This document shows positions 9,396 to 17,980 of a stretch of 59,737 nt of DNA, one piece after another. Each line of letters begins with the position of its first letter. The stretch's first letter is position 1. Location of the stretch: contig JAYYRF010000850.1 of assembly GCA_036127535.1 (NCBI GenBank), forward strand, positions 1-59,737. The letters are read 5' to 3'. A model generated the notes under the pieces. That model saw only the letters and a program-made list of their open reading frames with translations, ran no database searches and was not told the DNA's origin. The DNA comes from Myxococcota bacterium. GTDB lineage: Bacteria; Myxococcota_A; UBA796. A program made the position numbers and the translations under genes.

Positions 9396-10958
9396 TTACT
9401 GGCTAATCAACTGACGGAGCGAGGCGTATTGACGAACTTTAAACCACGTCAGTTCGCCCATCTTGAAATAGCGATATGCAACAAAGAACATTTTAGCGTA
9501 ATTGGACGCCCAAGCAAGATAAAAAATTGGTTCAACGTTACTCTTCCAGTACTCTCGCTCATCGAGGAGCTTTCGAATGAACGACCGCGGCACAATGCTT
9601 TTCGAAGCGAGGCAATAAATCGCGAGGTAGAATTGATCTTCTTTGGAGCGCGGCCAGTCCATCGAGACGCGGAACTGACGCCACGCTTTCGTCGCCTTGC
9701 CTTCGACGAGATTGGGATCCAAAGACCCGTCTTCTAAACTCTTTTTCGTGAGTGCGGTTCCGGGAAAATAATTGAGGGAGTAGAAGTAAATGTCATACGG
9801 TGTGGGCAGATCGAGCAGGAATTCTGCGGTTTCCATCTTCATCTCTTCGGTCGCGTGCGGATTGTCGATGATGACGTCATATACGATGTTCAATTTGAGC
9901 TTCTTGTTGAATTCTGCAAACTTCATAATGGAACGGTTACCGGGAGAACGATTGTGGATCTCCTTTGATTCCTTTGAAGAACCACTTTCAATACCGGTTT
10001 GAACCCGAACCAGTCCCGCATCAACCAGGCGCGTAATCATATCTGGACGAAGCATGGGTGGAATGAGCAAACATTCGAAGGGCAACCCCACTTCCTTGGG
10101 ATAGCGCTCTAAAAATTCATCCATCCAATCATCGCCGACCGCAAAGGAGGTATCGTCGTCTATTTTAATTCGAGCGAGCTTCGGGAAGGCTTTTCGCGCC
10201 AATTCCAGCTCACCGATGATGTGCTGCACCGAGCGAGCGCGGTAGAACTTTCGGCCTTTTTCTTCGTACACGTCGCGAAGGATCGAAACATAGCAATAAG
10301 AGCAATTGTACGGACAACCCCGAGAGAAATAGATGCGATACTCTGCTGTTCTCTTCCACGGCTCTTCAATCGTATAGCGACCCTTCTCGATGTAGTATTT
10401 ATTATCGTCTCTTACATCTGGATACGGTAGCCAGTCTAGGTCTTGGATGAGCGGACGAGGCGAATTGGAGAAGACTTGATCACCCTTGCGCGCCCAAATG
10501 TTGGGAATGTTGGTGGTGTCTTCGCCTTCATTGAGTGCGTTACACAAGTCAATGATCGCTTTTTCTCCTTCCCCTACGCACAGATAGTCTACGTCTTTGA
10601 TGCAATTCTCCGGATCGGAGGTTGGATGAATACCACCCCAAATAATCGGAATGTCGGGAAAACGTTCCTTAATTCGGCGCGAAACCTCCAGTGCGATGGG
10701 ATACAGACTCGACATAAAACCGAGTCCGATAAGGCTCGGATTTTTCGACGCGATGATATCCAACGAAAGATTTATCTCTTGATCGCTGGGCATGGACAGC
10801 CGATTATGAACCCAGTCCCGCAAGAATATGATTGAGCTCTCGAATCCTTCTCGCTGTAGTGCGGAGGATACATATCGAATCCCAGCGTTTTCCACGCTGT
10901 AAATCGTCATCAAGACGACAGAAAAATCTTTACTTGGCTTGGGGTTCAATTGATTCAT
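9396..10958 (-). CDS. B12-binding-domain radical SAM protein (class B)
   Basis: 520 aa. An N-terminal Rossmann-like B12 domain (VVLMTIYSVENAGIRYVSSALQREGFE ... IWGGIHPT) precedes the radical SAM cluster motif RGCPYNCSYC. It is a clear paralog of the 26065-27642 product. Confidence 0.85.
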   Translation of the reverse strand: MNQLNPKPSKDFSVVLMTIYSVENAGIRYVSSALQREGFESSIIFLRDWVHNRLSMPSDQEINLSLDIIASKNPSLIGLGFMSSLYPIALEVSRRIKERFPDIPIIWGGIHPTSDPENCIKDVDYLCVGEGEKAIIDLCNALNEGEDTTNIPNIWARKGDQVFSNSPRPLIQDLDWLPYPDVRDDNKYYIEKGRYTIEEPWKRTAEYRIYFSRGCPYNCSYCYVSILRDVYEEKGRKFYRARSVQHIIGELELARKAFPKLARIKIDDDTSFAVGDDWMDEFLERYPKEVGLPFECLLIPPMLRPDMITRLVDAGLVRVQTGIESGSSKESKEIHNRSPGNRSIMKFAEFNKKLKLNIVYDVIIDNPHATEEMKMETAEFLLDLPTPYDIYFYSLNYFPGTALTKKSLEDGSLDPNLVEGKATKAWRQFRVSMDWPRSKEDQFYLAIYCLASKSIVPRSFIRKLLDEREYWKSNVEPIFYLAWASNYAKMFFVAYRYFKMGELTWFKVRQYASLRQLISQ

Positions 10959-10975
10959 ATTCGTTCCTCGAAGAT

Positions 10976-12424
10976 TCAGTTGGTTAACAACCGTAAACCT
11001 GCTGCTGCTTTTCTCTTTAAATCAGCGGTGTTTCGTACTTGAAACAGATTCTTCAACACAAAACTCGGACGCCAATAAAAACGCCGATAGGCATAGTGAA
11101 GAAGATCCCGCAGTTCGTCGCGAGAAAAGTGCTCGTCCCAAACTTGGGCTTTGAAGGATTCGTTGGGCGAACGCATAAACTCGAGCCACGGATCTATGTC
11201 GAGTACCCCTTCAGCAACACCTTCGTCATACAACGTTGTCCCGGGAAACGGAGTTAAAATATTGTACATGACAAAATCGGGGTTGAGTCGAATGCTGTAG
11301 TTGATCGTATCGATGACATCTTGGCGCGAACGCTCTACCGGTGTACCGATCATGAAGTACGCAACGGTGTGGATTCCAACCTCGCGACACAATCGAAAGG
11401 CCGATTCAATTTCTGCGGAGGTGACGTCCTTTTTTAGTCTCAACAGACCCTCTTCTGTTCCTTGCTCTACACCGAGTTGTATGCGCGCGCACCCAGCGGC
11501 CTTCATTTTTTCGAGAAGCGGGCGATCGACCCCTTTGACTCGAAACCGCACCGTCCAGGAAAACTTGAGATTTCTGCGCAAGATCTCGTCGCAGAGATCG
11601 TGCACGCGACGATTGGTAATGTTGAAGGTGTCGTCTACAAAATAAATTTCGCGTATACCCAACTCAATGCATTCTTCGATTTCGTCACACACACGCTTGG
11701 GAGACATCACGCGGTAGCGATGTCGGGGCGTGTTGCAAAAGGTACACCGGTACGGACAACCTCTGGAGGTTACCATTGTCGTGAAGATCCCTCCCTGCCC
11801 CATCACGTCGTAGTATTGGGTGTAGTCGACCAATGTTCGGTCTGTTACGGGATAGGTGTCTAAATCATTGGAGAAATACACGTCCTCTTCTGGAATGGGG
11901 TCGTCTTCGTGTGCGATTACACCCGGGATTCCTTTCGCAATTTCACCGCGTTCCCAGCAATTGAGAAGTGTGAGCATCGGTTTTTGCCCTTCTCCTTTTA
12001 CAACGGCGTCGACGCCTTCCAATGCGAGGGACTCCTTCGGAAAGTCGTTGATATGAGGACCACCCAGCACCACGTAGGTTACACCACCGCTGCGAGACGC
12101 TTGAATCGTTCGCATGACGTCGCTGAGTTGAACGGTGAAACACGTAATGCCAACCACGTCCGGCTTGTATTCGCGAACCCGATTTTCGATTTCCGAATAC
12201 TCGAGATTTTCGAGTTGCGCATCCAAAAGGGAGCACTCGTGATGAGACTCGGTTCGCAGAAAGGATGCGATCGCGAGCAAGGCCAAGGGAGGGTAGCTTA
12301 AATTTTCTGCTTCTACCGCTTCTGGGACTTCGCTCTCAACGGTGTGACGAGCGGGGGGACGAATCAATAAAACACGCACGGAACTGAGGCCTCTAAGACA
12401 TTTGTTTACAAAATATTGTAACAC
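10976..12424 (-). CDS. B12-binding-domain radical SAM protein (class B)
   Basis: 482 aa. Contains RVLLIRPP...YPPLALLAIASFL, DVVGITCFT and LGGPH (B12 domain), then SRGCPYRCTFCNTP (CxxxCxxC). Confidence 0.85.
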   Translation of the reverse strand: MLQYFVNKCLRGLSSVRVLLIRPPARHTVESEVPEAVEAENLSYPPLALLAIASFLRTESHHECSLLDAQLENLEYSEIENRVREYKPDVVGITCFTVQLSDVMRTIQASRSGGVTYVVLGGPHINDFPKESLALEGVDAVVKGEGQKPMLTLLNCWERGEIAKGIPGVIAHEDDPIPEEDVYFSNDLDTYPVTDRTLVDYTQYYDVMGQGGIFTTMVTSRGCPYRCTFCNTPRHRYRVMSPKRVCDEIEECIELGIREIYFVDDTFNITNRRVHDLCDEILRRNLKFSWTVRFRVKGVDRPLLEKMKAAGCARIQLGVEQGTEEGLLRLKKDVTSAEIESAFRLCREVGIHTVAYFMIGTPVERSRQDVIDTINYSIRLNPDFVMYNILTPFPGTTLYDEGVAEGVLDIDPWLEFMRSPNESFKAQVWDEHFSRDELRDLLHYAYRRFYWRPSFVLKNLFQVRNTADLKRKAAAGLRLLTN

Positions 12425-12469
12425 AAATATTCTGCATCTGAAAAATTCAACGTCTTCACTTGCGATTTA

Positions 12470-13306
12470 TCATGTCGTTGCCAGTAAATGACGAGCAAAA
12501 CGCTTCGACAGCGATATTCGAGCTACCTCTTCTACCGGGCCTTTCAACAAAACGGAAAAATCGTCCTCAATCTGTACTTCCAACATACCCCCGGGCATAT
12601 GCATCATGACGGGAGACTCAACCCAACCCATCCGAAACGCAGCGGCTGCCACCGCACAAGAGGAAGAGCCGGAAGCAGAGGTTTCACCCGCTCCTCTCTC
12701 CCATATTCGAATTTCGATTTGGTGCGGATCGATGACGCGGGCAAACTGTACATTGCTTCGATTGGGAAACCGGGGATCGATCTCCAGTGCCGCACCCCAT
12801 TCTCTCCATGAAAGAGAGTCCAAATTCACCTCTTTTGGAAAAAAAGATACACAGTGCGGATTTCCCATTCCCACCGCATAGAGCGAGATTCTTGTGGCTC
12901 CAAAAATATGTGGGGTTTGCCAAATCGTATCGAGGCAGGGAATCTCTTCCTTGTCGAACCGAGCTCTGCCCATCTCAATCGATACCAAATCGTTCTCTAT
13001 CGAAGCCTGAACGACATCGAAACCGGTATCAATATCAAAAGAAGACGGTGCATCTTGGTAAAAATGCAACCACCATGCAAAAATCCTCAGTCCGTTTCCG
13101 CTTTTTTCCGCAATACTACCGTCGGGGTTCCAAATGCGCACGCCATAACCAGCCCGAGCAGAAGCGATGGGTTCCAAAATACCGTCTCCACCAACCCCAG
13201 TATGCCGATGACAAAGTTTTTTTACGATTTCTCCAGAAAGAACGTTCTCATCTCCTTCCCAAACAAGATAATCATTACCCAAACCATGTGCCTTCCATAC
13301 CTTCAT
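12470..13306 (-). CDS. dapF: Diaminopimelate epimerase
   Basis: Contains MKVWKAHGLGNDYLV, GMGNPHCV and ERGAGETSASGSSSCAVAAAA (both catalytic Cys regions). Start placed at the ATG at 13306 because an AGGAG lies 10 nt upstream on this strand. The ORF track's earlier ATG (13324) has no SD and would sit 2 nt from the nadK ATG. Confidence 0.92.
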   Translation of the reverse strand: MKVWKAHGLGNDYLVWEGDENVLSGEIVKKLCHRHTGVGGDGILEPIASARAGYGVRIWNPDGSIAEKSGNGLRIFAWWLHFYQDAPSSFDIDTGFDVVQASIENDLVSIEMGRARFDKEEIPCLDTIWQTPHIFGATRISLYAVGMGNPHCVSFFPKEVNLDSLSWREWGAALEIDPRFPNRSNVQFARVIDPHQIEIRIWERGAGETSASGSSSCAVAAAAFRMGWVESPVMMHMPGGMLEVQIEDDFSVLLKGPVEEVARISLSKRFARHLLATT

Positions 13307-13311
13307 CGTTT

Positions 13312-13320
13312 GGAGACTCC
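13312..13320. promoter_or_regulatory. Palindromic GGAGACTCC that supplies a Shine-Dalgarno GGAG to both divergent genes (nadK on +, dapF on -)
   Basis: GGAG at 13312-13315 lies 11 nt before the nadK ATG (13327). The complement of CTCC at 13317-13320 lies 10 nt before the dapF ATG (13306, minus strand). Confidence 0.55.
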
Positions 13321-13326
13321 TCATTT

Positions 13327-14064
13327 ATGATACTCGTAGATCCTCATAACCCTCGGGCCACCCTTTTGTGTGAAAAACTGAGACCCTTCTTGGAAGACAT
13401 TCCACTCACAACCATCATCGGAGGTGACGGCTGGATGTTGCATTGCATCCGCACGAACCATCACGAACGCCCTTTTCTTGGCTTAAACGCAGGAACCCTC
13501 GGTTTTCTAATGAACGACATACAAGATTTAGATTCACTCATATCTGAACTTAAAAATCGAGCGTGGGATATTTTCCATTTCCCACAAATTCACACTTCGG
13601 GTATGCGAACCGATAATACGACGTTTGAAGCGTCCGCCCTAAACGACGTATACCTCGCTCGGAGAGAGGGAAGCGCCGCCAACCTTCGCATCGAAATAGA
13701 CGAAATCTGTATTGTTGAGAAATTGATCTGTGACGGTGTCGTCGTCTCAACCTCTCTCGGTTCCACCGCGTACTCATCCTCCGCCGGGGGCAGTCCATCA
13801 CACCCTCTTCTACGAGCCTTTCACATTACCCCAATTTGTGCACATACCCCGAGATTGCGATCCTTCGTGGTACCGCAAACCGCCCGAATCCAAATCACAA
13901 CCCTTCACCCAGAACGAAGACCCACCCAAGCGGTGAGCGACGGCGTATCGCACGGAGAAGCCAAACGACTTAGTATTTCTTGTGACACACAAGAAGTGCA
14001 AATCGCCTTTCTCAAAAGCCATAACTTTACGGAAAAGATGGTGCGAAAGGTTCTGCTCAGCTAA
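13327..14064 (+). CDS. nadK: NAD+ kinase
   Basis: Contains IIGGDGWMLH (GGDG), LGLNAGTLGFL, NDVYL and DGVVVSTSLGSTAYSSSAGG. The first 180 codons of the 425-aa track ORF are antisense to dapF, so the internal ATG at 13327 is used (GGAG 11 nt upstream). Confidence 0.9.
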   Translation: MILVDPHNPRATLLCEKLRPFLEDIPLTTIIGGDGWMLHCIRTNHHERPFLGLNAGTLGFLMNDIQDLDSLISELKNRAWDIFHFPQIHTSGMRTDNTTFEASALNDVYLARREGSAANLRIEIDEICIVEKLICDGVVVSTSLGSTAYSSSAGGSPSHPLLRAFHITPICAHTPRLRSFVVPQTARIQITTLHPERRPTQAVSDGVSHGEAKRLSISCDTQEVQIAFLKSHNFTEKMVRKVLLS

Positions 14065-14070
14065 TCGTTG

Positions 14071-16527
14071 CTACTTGGCTTCCAGTCGCCCCTTTGTCCG
14101 CCAAAATAACATCCAACCGCAAGGAATAACGGTGAAAGCACACGTTGTGATGATGGCAAGCCCCACAACCGTCATCAATCCCAAAGAGTAAATACCGATA
14201 TTGGACGCAATCAAAAGAGAGGAAAAAGACAATACCGTTGTCCCAGCCGAAAACAGAGAAGCCTTTCCCGTCGTCTGTAAAGCATAGCCAATACCGCCCG
14301 GTCCCTCTTCCGCAATCCGGTGGATCAGATGGATAATGACATCGATTCCCACCCCCATTAAAATCGGTATACAGACAAAGCTAATCATCGAGATATTGAA
14401 TTTCATTCCCACAAACGCAGCTCCGGTAAAAGCCAGTCCCATTCCCAAGACCAGCGACGCCGAAACCGCCCGCGGAATGCTGCGTATATCCAAAAAGGAG
14501 AACAAGAAGATCATCCCGAATGCCAAGCCTGCGATCCGCGGCGCATCATCCTTGATTAAGCGAAATAAGGCAGAGCGCGCGATGAAATCGCCCGCAACAA
14601 TCGTATTGTCCAGAGGAGCATCTATCGTAGCGATCTTACCTTCAAGTCCCAAAGATTCCGTATTTTTTAAGAATCGCGACAAAGAAAAGGCCATGGCATT
14701 GTTTTCACGAACATCCCACATATTTCCCTTCGGAAAGACCAATAGACGATGTGTATTTTCTCGTATACCCAAAAGGTGACGAAAAGGAACGGGCAACTCC
14801 CCCTCTTGGATGGTCTTGGGATTCTTCTCAGCGAGAGCCATCAAGTTTTTTTGTACTTGCTGTGGCAAAAATTTCAAATTGGGTGATTCTGCTAGTAAAA
14901 TCAGCTTTTGTAACTCCGCAACCCTTTCTTCTTGATCCGCGGGTAAGAAAGAGTAAATCGACAATACAGAACCAATATACGGATCTTCCGTCTCTCCCAG
15001 GTAATCACTAAATACCTCTTGTGCTCGGATTAGCTCATCCCGCGAGGAAAGACCGACGACAACCGGGGAAAAATTTCGGTCGACCAAAGCGATTTTCTCT
15101 TCACTCATATCGGAATACGCCATCCCTGACTTTCGAAGCTTGGATAGATCATACTCGATTTGAATTTTGGGAATTTGCGTCAAAGATAGCAGCGCACCGC
15201 ACACCAAAACAAAAAGTCCGATTCCCCCGTATCGGTAAAAGACAGACTCGGTGTCTTTTTTAGACGGAATGGGGAGAGACGATAGTGGTTTTTCGTGTCT
15301 CTCTCGCCATACGATCATCAAAGGAAGCAGCGTTAAAATTGCCAGCAGACACAGTAATATTCCCATTGTTAAGATCAGTCCGAGTTGTTGAAAACCCAAA
15401 AAATTACCGAATCGAAGCGCAAAGAATCCGCCGGCACTGGTCAGTGCCGCCGCCGTACAAGGAGGTCCCACACGAGACCAAGTGCTGACAAGGGCTTCTT
15501 CTACGGATTTATTTTGTACCCTCTCCTCTTGGTATCGAGAGTAGAGATGTATGGCAAAATCGACTCCCAGACCGACCAAAATAGCGGACGAGAAGGATGT
15601 AAAACTATTCAACTCCCCAATGAACCAATAGGTAAATCCCCACGTCCATACATTTCCAACCAAAAGAGGCACGAAGATAATGAGCAGTGCCCTTTTTTCA
15701 CGGTATACAATGGAAATAAAGCTAAGAACCAATATAAAACTCAATCCCGCCGTTTGATATACATCGTGTATGACGGTCTCGATATCCTCAACAGAATGAC
15801 GATACGCACCACCGATCCAAGCGACTTCGACTTCGCTTTCTTCGAACGACGCGTCCGCTAAGATTCGATCGATCTCGGCCATGAACGGTATGGAAAAATC
15901 GTTATCAAACGGTGAGCCTCGAGGTCGAATGATCATCTGAGAATAGGTATCGCAGTCTTGACCGCCGTTGATAAAGGAATTGACGCAAGAAGACGTCTGC
16001 TCCTCTGCAGAGAACCGATTGAGCTTTGACGTCAATGGTCCCAAATTAAAGAGTGTCGGTGCGATCAAAGGGGAAAGAGCATTTGGTCCAAGCGCAAGGC
16101 CTTGCTTTAACCGAACCCGTAATTCCTGCAGTTCTTCTTTTGATAGCTGTAGCAAAGCGATGTTGTTTCGCAACTCTTCGTCGAGCTGCTCCAAATCGTA
16201 CAGAACATATTCGGTATCCGTTCTCTCTAAAATCGCATCTGCGAGTTCTTTTGCCTTGTCTTTTCGTTCCTTTGCCGTACCCCCACTCAACGTAATGTTT
16301 AGAAAATTCGTGCCACCCTCCTCTTTGTTGAGCTTTAGCAATGATTGCGTAGACGGCTCGTGCTCGGGGAGAAGCTTGACAATATTCGATTCAACTTTGA
16401 TGTTGAGTGCCGAAAAAAGCATGAACAGAGAAATGCAAACGCTAAAAGCCAAAAAAGTGCGTGGCCATCTCAATATGGACAAGACCAACCGCCCAAAAAA
16501 ATTATGCTTTGGTGAAGGAGAAGACAT
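14071..16527 (-). CDS. MMPL/RND-superfamily exporter (HpnN-like, sterol-sensing-domain type)
   Basis: 818 aa. It has two homologous 6-TM halves, each ending in a GLGVDFAIHLYSRYQEE / GVGIDVIIHLIHRIAEE type motif and each preceded by a large periplasmic loop. The N-terminus (FFGRLVLSILRWPRTFL) is typical of the family. Confidence 0.8.
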   Translation of the reverse strand: MSSPSPKHNFFGRLVLSILRWPRTFLAFSVCISLFMLFSALNIKVESNIVKLLPEHEPSTQSLLKLNKEEGGTNFLNITLSGGTAKERKDKAKELADAILERTDTEYVLYDLEQLDEELRNNIALLQLSKEELQELRVRLKQGLALGPNALSPLIAPTLFNLGPLTSKLNRFSAEEQTSSCVNSFINGGQDCDTYSQMIIRPRGSPFDNDFSIPFMAEIDRILADASFEESEVEVAWIGGAYRHSVEDIETVIHDVYQTAGLSFILVLSFISIVYREKRALLIIFVPLLVGNVWTWGFTYWFIGELNSFTSFSSAILVGLGVDFAIHLYSRYQEERVQNKSVEEALVSTWSRVGPPCTAAALTSAGGFFALRFGNFLGFQQLGLILTMGILLCLLAILTLLPLMIVWRERHEKPLSSLPIPSKKDTESVFYRYGGIGLFVLVCGALLSLTQIPKIQIEYDLSKLRKSGMAYSDMSEEKIALVDRNFSPVVVGLSSRDELIRAQEVFSDYLGETEDPYIGSVLSIYSFLPADQEERVAELQKLILLAESPNLKFLPQQVQKNLMALAEKNPKTIQEGELPVPFRHLLGIRENTHRLLVFPKGNMWDVRENNAMAFSLSRFLKNTESLGLEGKIATIDAPLDNTIVAGDFIARSALFRLIKDDAPRIAGLAFGMIFLFSFLDIRSIPRAVSASLVLGMGLAFTGAAFVGMKFNISMISFVCIPILMGVGIDVIIHLIHRIAEEGPGGIGYALQTTGKASLFSAGTTVLSFSSLLIASNIGIYSLGLMTVVGLAIITTCAFTVIPCGWMLFWRTKGRLEAK

Positions 16528-16542
16528 GGATACCCAAAAAAA

Positions 16543-17976
16543 TCAGTCTTTGAAAACCTTTTTTGCAATCTTCATCACATCCAAACGAGACTGTACCCCA
16601 ATGACGACCCCAAAACCAGAGGGGGTGTAGCCACCCGGAATATCTCTTTCTTTCTCTGAAAGCGCCCCTCCACCCGTTTGCTCAACAGCCGGTGCATTGG
16701 TGGCGGCTAAGACATACGATACCGGTACGCGAAACCACACATCAATATTGTGAGATAGACTGAGTTCGACGCCCGCTTTCAAATTTAGGAGTATGAGCGT
16801 CGAAGAATCGAGTACCGGATAGGTTTGCTCAAAGTTAGCGATATAATCCACTGCTGAATTATTTTGCATTATAGATATCGAAATTGCCCCAACCGGCTTG
16901 ACCAAGGACGTTGTTCTGGAAACATACGATATCTCCGGCTCCCAAAACAACACATTATTACTCAAACTCGTTCGACGAAATGACGGGGTTTGACCCGCTG
17001 TTTGCGTCCATAAATCGACAAAGAACCGCCCACCGGCGTTCCCAAAGGTCAAACCAACATCAATCTCGGGTGTGATACCGTAGTTGAGGGAAGCCGCGGA
17101 GATAACAGACGTGCCGGATTCCGGTATTTGCCACGCGTAAGACTCGACGAGCGATCCATCTACATTCGAGAAAACACTCCGTCCATAGTAGAAAGCGTGA
17201 CTGGGTAAGAATCCGATGCCGCCCCCCAAGCGAAACAAGAGCATCCCCTTTCGACCGCGCTTTAGATCTCGCCAGCGCAGAAGAGGAATATCCGAGTTCA
17301 TAAACTCCATGAACTCTTCGGGACTCATGCTGAACTTATCCCACTCCTTGGTGCCCTCTTCTTTCTTCATCTCTTCGATCTGTTCTTTGCTGTATCGAAC
17401 CTGATCGTCCGTCTGTTTCATGATTTTGACGGGCTTGAGGTCATATACAACCCCATCATCGCGAACAACCTTCTTCTCTGCCTTTTTTTCCTTTGGCGTC
17501 TGCTCTTCCTTCTTTTCTTCTTTGGGCACGACTTTGGGTTTGATTTCGCCACGAACAACTTTGCCCAATGCTTCTTTGGTTTCACGAGAGAGAGCCAAGC
17601 GATCTTGGGTTGGCATTGTTGTATTCAGAACCACTTCCCCTCTGTATACGTCGATAATGGCAAGGGCTATGTTGTCGCTGTCTTGCATCGACATGGAAAG
17701 AGCATATCGGAGATTTTCTCGCGCGGCCAGGGTGAACGTACACCCCACATACTCTCCGGGCAAGCATTCTTTCATGTAATCCAATGCGGCCAAATCGCGA
17801 TTGGGAGCGAGTTCACCCACCGTTCGAACATCTAATTTCTTGTCTTTTTTTAACGATCGTACGAGTAGGGTTTTGATTTCTGCAGCTTGTGCAGCTGTAT
17901 TCTTAGCCGCCTCAATCTCGCCGAAAAGAACACTGTCTGCGTGGGAAAACTGGAGGAGCGCGTAAAGAAATATCAT
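16543..17976 (-). CDS. Hypothetical secreted protein with Lys/Glu-rich linker and beta-barrel-like C-terminal half
   Basis: 477 aa. Short hydrophobic N-terminus, a KPKVVPKEEKKEEQTPKEKKAEKK linker, and a C-terminal ~230 aa of alternating hydrophobic/polar strands rich in G/S/Y. It lies 15 nt upstream of the MMPL gene. Confidence 0.45.
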   Translation of the reverse strand: MIFLYALLQFSHADSVLFGEIEAAKNTAAQAAEIKTLLVRSLKKDKKLDVRTVGELAPNRDLAALDYMKECLPGEYVGCTFTLAARENLRYALSMSMQDSDNIALAIIDVYRGEVVLNTTMPTQDRLALSRETKEALGKVVRGEIKPKVVPKEEKKEEQTPKEKKAEKKVVRDDGVVYDLKPVKIMKQTDDQVRYSKEQIEEMKKEEGTKEWDKFSMSPEEFMEFMNSDIPLLRWRDLKRGRKGMLLFRLGGGIGFLPSHAFYYGRSVFSNVDGSLVESYAWQIPESGTSVISAASLNYGITPEIDVGLTFGNAGGRFFVDLWTQTAGQTPSFRRTSLSNNVLFWEPEISYVSRTTSLVKPVGAISISIMQNNSAVDYIANFEQTYPVLDSSTLILLNLKAGVELSLSHNIDVWFRVPVSYVLAATNAPAVEQTGGGALSEKERDIPGGYTPSGFGVVIGVQSRLDVMKIAKKVFKD

Positions 17977-17980
17977 GAGG

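Noticed and set aside
12787-13326. N-terminal 180 codons of the 425-aa plus-strand ORF.
   Set aside because: This part is antisense to the well-supported dapF gene and has no NAD-kinase similarity. The kinase pattern begins right after the internal ATG at 13327, which has its own GGAG.
8757-16527. Interpreting the B12-rSAM genes plus the MMPL exporter as a hopanoid (hpnP/hpnJ/hpnN) cluster.
   Set aside because: No squalene-hopene cyclase, squalene synthase or other hpn genes are in the window. Clade membership of the rSAM enzymes cannot be decided by eye.
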